The position numbers and the translations under genes were made by a program. Source: Lama glama (Eukaryota). Taken from it: a stretch of DNA of 64,000 nucleotides. The stretch is taken from NCBI GenBank assembly GCA_028534125.1, contig CM052816.1, positions 87,174,001 to 87,238,000 on the forward strand, given 5' to 3'. Positions 24,860-36,358 of the stretch are shown here, one piece after another; position 1 is the stretch's first letter, and every line of letters starts with the position of its first letter. Under the pieces are notes generated by a model that saw only the letters and a list, made by a program, of their open reading frames with translations, was not told where the DNA came from and did not search any database.

Positions 24860-25690
24860 ATTGCTGAACTTCCCAAAATATCACAAGACAATCTGTTAAT
24901 GAGGCAAAACTAAATTTAACCAAACACATTCTACTGAATGAGAGAGAACATCGCTATAGTCTTAGTCATAGACTCAAGTCTTAGGAGTGGATATTTATAG
25001 ATTTTGAGGAAACTGGGTTCAAATAGTTTGAGGAAAGTGTTTCAAGTTAAAGAGCTGATTGGAACTGGGCAAAGCTCAAGGCATCATAGCTTAGGCTGTC
25101 TGTGTATATTCAGAAAAGGGTCTTCAAGTGGAACTCAGGAAGTACAGTATTGCTAGTCGTTCAGTCTGCTAGGACTGCCATTACAAAGTACCCCAGATGA
25201 ATGGCTTAAAGAGCAGTTTATTTTCTCAAGATTCTGAAAGCTAAAAGTCCAATATCAAGGTGTCGACAAGGTTGTTTCTTCTAAGGTCTCTCTCCTTGGC
25301 TTGCAAATGTCTATCTTACCACTGTGACTTCATGAGGTCTTGCCTCTAGGTGTGTCTGCATCCGTCTCGTCTTACACCAGTCAACCAGATGAAACGGCTC
25401 ATCCTCATAACCTCATTTATCCTTAATTAATTAATTTGCTTATCCATAACAATTGAGTCCTCATTAAGGACCCGATATCCAAATACAGTCACATTCTAAG
25501 ATCCTGGGCATCGGGATTTCAACATACGAACCGTGGGGGACATAGTTCAGGCTATAACATGGATAAATTAGCCATTGACACGGGTGAGCAGATTGCTGTT
25601 TTAGATAAATTAATTTGCTGAAGTTTTCTGAAGCATTTACTTGCGCTTTACAGTCTTATCTTTCCTGTGAGATGTGTTCCTGTGACACAG
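24860..25690 (-). mobile_element. Old LTR interrupted by MLT1A; same family as 33120-33430
   Basis: acaatctgttaatgaggcaaaact...tgggcaaagctca is shared with 33148-33332; strand and family inferred. Confidence 0.5.
25158..25559 (-). mobile_element. MLT1A-like MaLR LTR
   Basis: ctgctaggactgccattacaaagtacc...aagtccaatatcaaggtgtc...tccaaatacagtcacattct...atttcaacatacgaa...ggggacatagttcaggctataaca. Confidence 0.85.
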
Positions 25691-25739
25691 GTAGTCACCT
25701 TTCTAATCACTTTTTTAACGTTTTTATGCTGATGTATTG

Positions 25740-25930
25740 GCTTTGGTGCTGCTAGTCCGGGCCTTTCACATAGTGTGAGTTTGGAGGAGTGATTTAACCC
25801 TTACAGAGCTCCTCTTTGAAGATATTAGCAATATCAACTTCATAGAATTCTTGTGAGATACAAATAAGACAGTAATTGTAAAGCTCTCAGCAGAGTGCCC
25901 CACAGGAAATGTGCTGATGTTGGGATGATG
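25740..25930 (+). mobile_element. MIR SINE
   Basis: gtgtgagtttggaggagtgatttaacc...cttcatagaattcttgtgaga...gtaaagctctcagcagagtgcc. Confidence 0.6.
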
Positions 25931-26189
25931 CTAATGCTGCTACTATTGCAAGGGCTGCACAGAATTGTATATTTGAGGGTTAAGTTCGAAAGAGAAAATA
26001 ACACTGGGAGTCTTTAAGATTAGGGCTTCCTTTTTTTGGTGAGAGTAATGGATAACAATTTGAGGCTTCCTTGCTTGCAGTTTGATACTGTGAAATCTTA
26101 TATGGTTTAGGAACTACTAAACAAGCAATTATTATCAAATGGAAACTTTTCTTATTTTATTTAATTTTTGAATAAGTACATAAAATCGA

Positions 26190-26330
26190 TCGTTTCTATT
26201 TTGACTATGAGAACAAGGAAGCTCAGAGATGCTATTTAATTTGCTCAAGCTAATTCAGGGAGAGACGAAAGAGTCTGAATTAAACCCAAGTGTGTCTGAT
26301 TCAGAAGCCCATGTTCTGAGTTAGTATTTC
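26190..26330 (-). mobile_element. MIR SINE fragment
   Basis: gaagctcagaga...taatttgctcaag...aacccaagtgtgtctgattcagaagcccatgttct. Confidence 0.6.
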
Positions 26331-27154
26331 ATTTAACCATCCATCCATCTAACAAAGACTAGAAGACAAGGTAGTAATAAACTCTTTTTATCCCTTGAAT
26401 TTATATTTGCTTTTTCATTTAAAAATTATTTTAACTAGGTAAGTAGCCACAGGAGAATCACCCAGATAACAGTTACACGGCCTGGTTATGCAGGCCTGTA
26501 ACAGGCCAGAGCCCTGGGGATTTGGTCACCACTGCAGAGATGTGACCTGACATGGCAGAGTAGCTGAGGGAATAAAAATCCTAACACTACGGAATAAACA
26601 CATTTTTTTTTTTAGGTGCCTGGGGGAGGTGCATCCATAATTGATTACTCAAGTTCCAGCTGTTCTCAGAACTGTGTCCTTGAAGTCATGAATTATTTGT
26701 TGAGTCTAATATGTGGATAACAGTTACATCCGCACAGTGAGTTTATTTATGTTGCATAATCTTTTTCATAAACATGCTCTTCCAAGCAGAAGATACATAT
26801 TCATTAGAGAAATTAGTCTCGAATTATTGAAAAAATACAGATAGCACAAAATAAATATGTCTACACACACACAGAGGGTGGCACTGCGGGATGGATGCTG
26901 GGACAGCTTCACAAAATTTTCAGAGACATATGTTTGGAAGATACTTATAAACACCTCTCATGACTCTCAAACAGGTTCACTGATTTCCTTAGCTGTCATT
27001 ATCCTGAATCCATCTCCTTGAATTACAAATAACTCTGAAAAAGTGAGGCTTTGTAGCCCAACTGACTGCAGCGGCTTTTGTCCAGTTTCCTGTTGAGAAG
27101 TCCCAGAAGCCTTCCTTATACACCCTCTTTTAGAACAGTCCCTCTCACCTTTAA

Positions 27155-27290
27155 TAAGCATATGAATCACCTGACGATCTGGTTAAAATTCAGTAGGCTT
27201 GGGGTCAAGGCTGAGATTCTGCAGTTCTCTCAAGCTCCCAGCTGATGCTCCTACTGTTGGTCCAAGAACCATTCTTTAAATACAGGGTGT
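27155..27290. mobile_element. MER5A-like hAT-Charlie fragment
   Basis: gaatcacctg...ttcagtaggcttgggg...ctgagattctgca...caagctcccagctgatgct...ggtccaagaacca. Confidence 0.75.
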
Positions 27291-27510
27291 GGCGCTGCAC
27301 CGTCCAGTAATGGAGCCACTCTTCATACATGGCTGTTGAGCCCTTGAAATGTAATTAGTCCAGATTCTGCAGTTCTCTCAAGCTCCCAGCTGATGCTCCT
27401 ACTGTTGGTCCAAGAATCATTCTTTAAATACAGGGTGTGGCGCTGCACCGTCCAGTAATGGAGCCACTCTTCATACATGGCTGTTGAGCCCTTGAAATGT
27501 AAATTAGTCC
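27214..27510 (+). repeat. Tandem duplication, 2 x about 148 bp
   Basis: Unit 1 27214-27361, unit 2 27362-27510; one substitution and one 1-bp indel. Confidence 0.95.
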
Positions 27511-27757
27511 AGAGTAGAGATGTGCTATAAGTGTGAAACAGATGGAGATCTTGGAAGCTTAGTATGAGGGACAAGAATCCAAATTATATCAATAAAAATG
27601 TTTCCTATAGTGATCATATGTTGAATACACAATGCTTTGGATATATGGGGTTAAATAAAATATGTTATTAAAATTAACATCAGTTTTACTTGCTTATGTG
27701 GTTCCTGATTTTAAAGGAATGTTTGCCTTGCATTATGTTTCATTTGCCCAACACTGG
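27444..27757 (-). mobile_element. MER33-like hAT-Charlie DNA transposon
   Basis: catggctgttgagcccttgaaatgt...gagatgtgctataagtgt...ttggatatatggggttaaataaaatatgttattaaaattaa. Confidence 0.8.
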
Positions 27758-27970
27758 AATCTGATTTAGTGGGACTAAGATGGGAACTTGGTATTGTCAC
27801 ACTTCTACTCATACATGTTAGAGATACCCATGTAGCAATCTTTCCCATAGGACTGTGACTTTCCTGAATGCAGGGACTCTTCACTCTTATATCACAAGCA
27901 ATTAATAGTATGACTGGCAAAGAAGAGGTTGAAATGTTGGCTAAATATTTATGACACACAGTTGTGAAAC

Positions 27971-28466
27971 TGAAGTGGGAGGAAAGGGGACAGGGCACAA
28001 CCACTGGAGGAATGACACAGCAACTGAGGACAGGACAAACTGGTTAGAACCAAGATGGTGGAAGATTCGAGTAGACCTTGAGCTTCATGGCACACCCACA
28101 GGTGCCATGACAGTTCCTAGGCCGACCATAAAAGGTCCAAAAGTGAGCAGGGGAGTGTATTTCCTTGAAATCTTTGCCCCTTCCCCAAAGTAGTTGGAAT
28201 AATCCTCCTCCTTATTAGCATATGAAATTACTGAGTCCATAAAAACTGACAGCTCCGCACCTCGTGGTCACTCTCTGTCTTGCCTTCTGAGATGGCCTGC
28301 ACTCTGTCTGTGGAGTGTGTCTCTTAAGCCGTGTTCCCTTCTGAGTGAGACAGACTGCACTCTGTCAGTGGAGCATGTATCTTTCTTAATAAAAGTGCTT
28401 TTACTTTACCATGCTTTGCTCTTGACTTCTTTCCTGTGTGAGGAAAGAACCTATTCTCCCGCAACA
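27971..28466 (+). mobile_element. MER41-like ERV1 solo LTR (496 bp)
   Basis: TG...CA termini, 4-bp TSD AAAC at 27967-27970 and 28467-28470, AATAAA at 28388-28393, MER41-type core gccatgacagtt...gaataatcc...ttagcata. Confidence 0.8.
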
Positions 28467-29059
28467 AAACTACATTACATTACATTAATGATTACAAAAA
28501 GGGGTACAATGAAGGAAAATATGATTTCTGGAACAATAGATTTTCTAAGTTTGTTATCAGATGAGCTTAAAAGAACTTTGTAAAAACTCATAATGCTTCT
28601 TTTATTCCAGCAGTATTATGGGGGATGTGTGAAGTCACGTCACAACCGTTTCTCAAATATATGATTATCTTACCTGAAACCCAAGGAATGATAAAATGTC
28701 CTGCATAGGAGTTTCTTACAGAGAATCTTGAGATGATAAAATATCTTGTAATTCTCAGTTATGAATGACTGCACTGAAATGGAAAAGTTTACTTTCAACA
28801 AAGTAATACTCAAGCACATGGGAACTTTTTTTGCTATCGTAATCTATCACAGAATAGACTGTGCTATCAGGATCTATGTAGCAGCTTGCAGTGGAGTGCG
28901 TAAGTGGGGCATGTGTTTATATAAGCATTAAGTGTGTAATACATTTTAGACTGCCCTGAAATAGTATGTATTGCTCCATTATCGGATAGTAAGGGTATTT
29001 AAAACTTAATTTACAACTGTTAGAAATGTGGTTCTGTGGTTTTTCCTTCTGTGAAGCTA

Positions 29060-29260
29060 TAGAATTTAGTGATTAAGTTCAAGGTCTCTGCATCCAAAAT
29101 GCCCTGTGCAATTTATCATCATCTCTGTTTAGCAGTTTTTTCCATCTCTAAAATAAGGATGATAATAGTATTTATCACATAGGGTTGTTGTGGGAATCAA
29201 ATGAGTTAAAATCTCTAGAATATGTAGGACAGTTTGGCACCTAATTACATCCTGAACTAG
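29060..29260 (+). mobile_element. MIR SINE
   Basis: catctctaaaataaggatgataatagtatttatcacatagggttgttgtgggaatcaaatgagttaa core. Confidence 0.75.
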
Positions 29261-29827
29261 TAACTAACACAAAAGTTTTAATGGCCAGTCGCAAAATCTG
29301 CATCATATGTGTATAAGAAATGTGCATCATTTAGTTTTTGTTATATTTCTACTGACGAGAAAACCTGAGGGTAACTGATAATATTCTATTGTCTTTAAGC
29401 AAATAGCATCACAATGTTTCCAAAATTCATTTGCAGACTTTTTTTTTGAGTGAGAAAAGTTTTCAGTGTTTCTCACAGTTCAAGGTAAAACAGAATATTA
29501 TTTTTTCTGATAAAATTAAAGAAAAAATTATTTGGAGTGTAACAACTATTTTATCTAAGTTTAGAAATACACTGCTTTGAAATTTTGAAAGTATATTATA
29601 TTCTTTCTCAGTTTTAGTCTCAATATTGTTCAATGTATAGGATTTCCAATGCAATCTTGAAGATGTGAGTCATGCATTATTTATGTGCCCTGCAGTATTA
29701 GCACTTTAATAACCCATTTTCTACCTGTGTAACATGGTTATTCTGTTTCAGTATTTTAGCAGTCCCAGTATTTATTGCATTCTCTTATACTCTATACTTA
29801 AAAATTACAAAAATACATTTTGGAAGG

Positions 29828-30072
29828 TGACATGATAACTAAATGTAACGTGATATTTTGGGTGGGATGCTGGGACAATAAAAGGAAATTTACAAAAAAC
29901 TAAGAAAATCTTACTGAATTATGGACTTTAATTAATAATATTGAATCAATATTGGTTATTAATTGTGACAATTATACCATACAAATATAATGTGTTAATA
30001 GTAGGTAAAAACTGGGGCATGCTATACTGTTAATGTTATTACAACATTTCTGTCAATTTAAAAGTAATCTGA
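29828..30072 (+). mobile_element. Old L1M (L1MC-like) 3' UTR
   Basis: gacatgataactaaatgtaacgtg...atcaatattggttattaattgtgacaa... Confidence 0.65.
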
Positions 30073-30126
30073 TTATACTTCAATTTAAAAAATTATCATT
30101 GCCAAGACCAAAAATAATTTTTTAAA
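30073..30126 (+). mobile_element. 54-bp micro-insertion containing the extreme L1 3' terminus
   Basis: tatacttcaatttaaaaaa matches the L1 end at 45651-45670; 14-bp TSD TAAAAGTAATCTGA at 30059-30072 and 30127-30140. Confidence 0.75.
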
Positions 30127-31404
30127 TAAAAGTAATCTGAAAGAAGTATATTAACATTCAAAAATACATTTGAAATTTTATGAAATTACAATAGTAAAAT
30201 TCTTCTGTTTTCAGTCTCCTGCTCCTCACCCTCCCACTTCTCTTACTATTTAATACAGTATTTTTTCTAAGAAACTAAGTCTTAATAGAAGCCTATACTG
30301 CATCTCTATTTTACTTATGAGTTAAGGCTTAAAGTTTAAAATATAAGAATTATATTTATCAATAAATATATAAGCCATCTTTTAATTAAAAATTAAATCT
30401 GCTTGTTTACACTATTCTAAAATATGGATGAAACTTGCAATGTTATGAAAATGAAATTTGGTAGTCTCTCTCTGCACAAGTCTACAAGTATTTCTAAATC
30501 TATGTAAATGACTGATGAATAATGAAACTCTTCGCTGGAATGGAAAACTAACATCTAGTCACCATTCTCTCCTACTTCTCTGCCTTTCTAGGACTAATAT
30601 TTGTTTAAGTGAAAAATATCAATAAAGAATTTTTACCAGGAGTCTCATAAAATCTACTTCATAAAATTTGTGATTACTTTTACTTTATTTCATAAACTTA
30701 GCCAATTTTACAGTTTTTTTCTCTTTTAAAAACTTCTTTATTAAACCATATTAATTTCAGATTTGATATTGATGTTGTGGGCTTTTGATACATGAACAAA
30801 TTTTGGCTCAGAATGAGGTAAAAAAAATGCATCTTTGCAAATGTTTTCTTAAAAAGACCTTTAGTATCTCTTCCCTTACTCCAGTATTCTAGTGCTCTAA
30901 TCATTTCCAAAGTGACTCTGAGAGGAGGGGAGAAGAAGGTGCAGATTTGTGTACTTTGAGGACATTTCTGCTCCAGAAATCCTCGGGCTCCTCAGCTTCT
31001 GACCTCTCATGTTTCCACAGTTTTCAGGGTCAGCATTACCTGCGTTAGAGATGCTGTATTTTATTCCCCTTGTATGGAGTTCTCACCCCTGTTGCCTGAT
31101 TTCCAGGATTTTTGACTCCATTTCCCTCCCTAGACAAAAATGGTAACCTAATTCCAGTTTTCAGTTGCCCTGATCACTACGTGACAACTTGAGACTTAAT
31201 GCTTCATTTTTCTGAATCTGAAGAAAATTAGATAACAATAGAATATAGAAATTGCAGCACATCTGCATGGCTCTGTCTGAGCTCTATAGTGAAATTTATT
31301 TCCTTACTTTTGCATTAAAAAAAACAACACTCAACCCATGTTGAAGATTCCAGCATGTACTGACATTTAATAGCAAAACACTATTTCAGTTTAGAGTTCA
31401 AAAA

Positions 31405-31545
31405 TAATTATATATTATACTGTACATATTCATATATATGATATATGAATTATACATTATATAATATTACAGATTATGTAATATACAATGAAAAATATAA
31501 AAATATATTCATGTATGTATAAATATATATATGTATGTACTTTAA
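31405..31545. repeat. (TA)-rich low-complexity region
   Basis: Direct inspection. Confidence 0.8.
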
Positions 31546-31765
31546 AATTATAGAAAGCTTTTATGTTGGCTAATTTTCATGCTTCATTATGAAGTTGCAT
31601 TATTTTAAAGATAAATATATCTTTAAAAACTGTGATTTAAAAACAATATTTATCATTGTACACTACAAAATAGTTCCTAATGGAATCAGAAAATGTTAGC
31701 CAAGTTTAGAACTGGAAGAAAAACAGATGGACTGCAGATCTAAATCAAGGAAGTTACCAGTTACT

Positions 31766-32434
31766 TGTGGAAGTCAAAATTAGACCCTACACGGGAGGGG
31801 TCAGATGATTGGCAAAAGGGGAGGTGATTGACAGGAAGGACCAAGCAGGTCAGGACTCGTAGCTACGAGGAAAAGCGTGAAAGATGTTACAGAAGAGACC
31901 CTGTATTTAGAGCTATCTCTGGCTTGACTATTTGAGAATAATTACATTTATTAGCCTTCAAGCTCCAATTAAGATTGTTATCATGAAATCAAATTACTGC
32001 GTCAGATCCTATTCAGAGTTCCAGTTGCTCTGCATTGATTCTGCCTCATTTTTCCATTGCTTTATTTTTAAAGAAATCTTGCTCTTTCAGAACTTCTGTA
32101 GGAAGGTGACCTCAGTGGTCACTCCCATCCTCAGAAAGCCAGGAAGGATTCCTGCCATTGGAAAATCCATCCTTATTTTAAAAGCAGAGGCATAGAGCAC
32201 ACCTCAGGCCAAAGCTCTGAAATGAGACCATTAATACAAATGGTTATCATATCTTTAAATGGGGGAAAACAGAGCCCTTCCCTGTGGTCTCAGACAAGGA
32301 AGTTCTCCTAAGCCCGTGCTGGGCATCCAAGGACTCTTTTTGGACTCATATCATTTTCCTGCTACTTTCTCTCTGTATCCTACACTGTAATAAATCTTAG
32401 CAATGAATATTACCTTCCAGCCAAAAAAAAAAAA
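31766..32434 (+). mobile_element. LTR-like element (MER21/MER68-like 3' end) ending in A12
   Basis: Starts TGTGG; ctgtatcctacactgtaataaatcttagcaatgaatat resembles the MER21-group R region; AATAAA at 32389-32394. Confidence 0.5.
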
Positions 32435-33119
32435 TTCACAACTGAAATGGAAACTTTTCAATTCTTTTCAAAAAGAATTGAGACCAAAAATGAGTATCTT
32501 TCTTTCATTAATCTCCTTGCTATACTTTGAGGTAAATATGCTATAATTTAAAAGAGAGAGAATTAATTATCTCTAAAGAACTTATCTCTACTTTCTCCCC
32601 CATAAATTTAACTGGAGTTATTGACACCTGACAGTTTAACCACAGTGTATATGATGCATACTTATATTGCACTAGAGCATAAAGAAAAGCAAAAGTTGTA
32701 ATGCCATGCAGGTACAAACCCTAAATATCTCCTCAGGTCATTGATACGAGATTTTAGAGACACTCCTGGATAAAATTAACCTAACTCAAACCTGGTATTT
32801 TTCATGTTCTCACTCAGAGAGAAAGCACAAAACAGGCATTTAAAGACAATCCAGGAATATGACTGTTTGAGAACATACCTATAGGCTTACCTCTGAGACA
32901 TGCACAGATTTTAACTCTTTTAAGACATGGTACTAAATGTTAAAATAATCAGCACACTATACAGTTTGTGCTAGAAGCATTTAGACAACCAGGGAATCAG
33001 TTTATTTGCCCATGATTATCTGGAGTATAATCACAGATGAAGAAGCTAAAGAGTGAAGTGCAACAACGTGTAAGACAAGGAGCTTTCTCACAGGCATGTT
33101 CAGTTTCCCAGAGTGCGGA

Positions 33120-33430
33120 CTATTGACTTTCCACAAAGACTAACAGAACAATCTGTTAATCAAAGCAAAGCTTAGCTAATCAAACCTACTGACCTAAGAA
33201 AGCATATCAATTGAACATTTTCTCAAAAGAAGGAAATTGGAAAAGTGAATGATTGGCTTTGGAGGTCTGGACTCCAGTTGTTTGAGGTGGCGCATTCATA
33301 GAGAGGAAGTAGCTGGGATTGGGCAAAGTTCATGAAATTTATGATACAAAAAGTAGCTATCAGTTGGCTCATGATTGTCTCTTTCTGAATGGTGGTTTTC
33401 TGGAGCAAACAGTTAAGTCTTGTTGTTATA
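33120..33430 (-). mobile_element. Old LTR fragment, same family as 24860-25690
   Basis: acaatctgttaatcaaagcaaagct...gggattgggcaaagttcatga. Confidence 0.5.
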
Positions 33431-33529
33431 GAATGTTTAAGTTCTCAATAGAGAGATATAGTTAAAATAGTAAAAATTACATCTTCCAGTAGAAAGTACT
33501 GGGAGACTTCAACTCACATTGAATCATCC

Positions 33530-33850
33530 ACAGATATTAATCATCCAATTTATGGTATGTGCTGTGTTAGGTGCTGGCTCCTGTGTGTGGGTATTAAAAA
33601 GATAGTCCCTCACTTCACACACCATATGGTCTGATATATGATGCAGGCAAAGGAAAAGGCAATTCGGTGTTGGGTGATGAGGGTTTGGTAGCATTGAGTA
33701 CAGCGGTACAACAGCCACACACAGGAGGAAGACAATCCAAATTTAGAGGGTTCTCAAAAAGCTTCTCGGGCAATGTAATGGCTTGAATGAAATTTTGTAA
33801 CAGAAGCTAAGAGACTTGATGTAAGGAATGAAAAAAAAAATACCAGGACA
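33530..33850 (-). mobile_element. L2 3' relic
   Basis: tgctgtgttaggtgctgg...aagatagtccct... Confidence 0.5.
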
Positions 33851-36358
33851 GAATTTTGGAAAAGAGCATCTTTTTGAATAACAGGACTTAACCACACCTA
33901 GAACATTGCTCTGAAATCTAAGAAAAGCTAAAGCTTCCTTACCCAGAAAATGTACATAATTAAATGTACATGTTAAATTAGAAATTTACTTCTGGTACTT
34001 CCAGATGTTACTATTTTTTAAATTTCCACTAAGGAGCACTAACTATGTCAGCTATAGAAATATATCTGTATAGTACACAGAAACATAAATTTAATTCTTC
34101 TTAGATTTAATTTTGAAATGAAGGCTAGTGTTGTTCAACCTTAATTTGATGTTGACATTTCAGAGAGGTCATTGATGTGCCAATGCATATATTATCTTTT
34201 GAACCAATTAATTTATCTTTTATAGTTTGAGAATGCTAAAAATATGTAACAGTCAAGAGATTCCCCTGTAATCCAGTGGACCAGATTTAAATGAAGAAAA
34301 TCTCAGAATTCTCTAAGACAGTTTGAATTAAATTGAAGTTATGTCTCTTTTTTTGCTTGCTTTATTCATTTAAGTTGTGTTTAGGATGGGCTGTGTTTTT
34401 TATGCTATTTGTATCAGCAAGGAAATTATTAAGAATATGCTTCCTTACTGTTAATTTTTTTCTAAGAACCCTCAGAAGGTTTTAAAAAATTTTTTTTCAG
34501 GTGATTACAGATTTATTTTTGTGGAAAACAAACAAAGCTTTATTATTCTCAACCCAAGTACACAGGGGTGCTTCCTGTAGCACCGGAAAACTCGTATGTT
34601 CTTTCATATTTGGTTTTTTCTTGTAGTTCAGTAGCAAACTCTTATTTTTAGACAATATTCTGTATTAGTGAGCCCAGGGCCCTTAAACCAAATAATACCT
34701 TATTCAAATGTCCAAAATATATAGACTTCTCTCCAGTCAGCCAAAAAATAAACTTTTTTGTCTAATTATACTGAATTTGAGTTTAAATTTTCCCTAGCTC
34801 AAAGAAACTTAACTCCAAAATTAATGATGAATAATTTTACCTCAAGTCAGTCAAACACTGAAAGATTTATTATTTCTAAAGTCCTATTTCTGTTGTATAG
34901 AGTATGAAGTCTAACCCATTATTCAAAAAACTCTTTTTAAATGTTTTTTTTTCTATTATAGATAATGATTTTCATAACAGAAGATGGGACTTCTTTGGGG
35001 ACCATTGATGATTTCTTAGATGTGGGATGAATGAATTATGTTTGGAGCGTCTTTCTTCAGCAAAGGAACAAAACTAGCATCAAGAGTGTTCCATCTGTGC
35101 AGAGAATACCAAGATTTTCTTTCTTATTTTTAACCCAATTTTTTTTTTCTGCTGGCAGAGAAATGTGCCGCCATATCAAGAGACATCTATGGTCTTTCAA
35201 GCACTTAAAAGGAACTCAAAATTGAAATGTTTCTTTGATGCTGTCAGCATGCTCACAGTGGATGACAAGCAACTGACTTCCCTGAGAAATATCTAAACTT
35301 TCACCCAAACGCATGTTGACTAGTAATGGCTGAGGTGATGATTGCTAATTCTTTCAAAATATTAGTAGAAACATGAAAGTTTCTGGAGTGGAACATGTCA
35401 TCCGATGGTGGACATAGTTTTGTTTTTATTTTATGCTCCTTCTCTAGACCAAAACAACCAAGGCAATAATTTAATCACATTCCCTCACATTATGGTTGTC
35501 TATTTATTTTTCAGTAATGTTAGGTAATTGTGAGTTGCTTTATGAAGAATATTTTAGCTGGGCTTACAATAAAACTTATTTTCCTAGTAAATTTATGTAT
35601 TGCATAATACAGGGTAAAACAGATAGAACCTGAAGTCAAAGATGTAGGGAAAAAACTCCATCAGACCATGGTCTTAAGAAAAGGTAAACGAAGTCTTTCC
35701 AACAGGCACTGGGCTGTCCATGAAGAGACCCCACTGGGTTGATCTGCAAGGTGAGTATTTAAGATCTTAGAATCAACCTCCGTCATCTGAAGAGGGTTAA
35801 GTGAAAGTGCCCAGGATTGAGTGTGTGTGAAAAACAGCAGTCATGGAAATGAGAAAATCTCCAGGAAGCTCCAGGGAGATAAAAAGAAGCTTTTTTTGGT
35901 GGAGAAAACAGGGTGATATAAAGTTTCACATTTTAAGGTAAGAGAGAGTTGAACATGTTTATTACAGGAAAGAAGCCAATTAAGAGGGAGATTACTAGAG
36001 AGATCAAGTGTTAGAGATTTAAGATCTCTGTGATGAGGTTGTACATTTGTTAAGTGGACATGGTTTGAAATAGCTAATTGAGAATGAGAGAGGGGAAAAA
36101 AAAGTCTGGTCATATAAATATATAAGGATGGCCATAAAGTGTTGAAGATTCCATTGAGAGGGAAAAACAACCCCTATATTCATCATGGCACCAATTTTTG
36201 AGAACCTGTGGTTCTCTAATGATTTTTTTAAAATTTACATCCAATGGCATGGATATTGGTAAAGAACGTATAGTTATTTACCAATAGGTATATTTGAAAT
36301 CTAAGGATATCCAAAGCATTATAAGAAGTAGAAAAACCAAAAAAAAGTTTCTTGCCTT

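Noticed and set aside
27214..27510. CRISPR-like or other prokaryotic repeat array
   Set aside because: Only two directly adjacent units with no spacers, in mammalian transposon-derived DNA.
31428..31450. Palindrome ATTCATATAT-atg-ATATATGAAT
   Set aside because: It lies within (TA)-rich low-complexity sequence, where such symmetry is expected.
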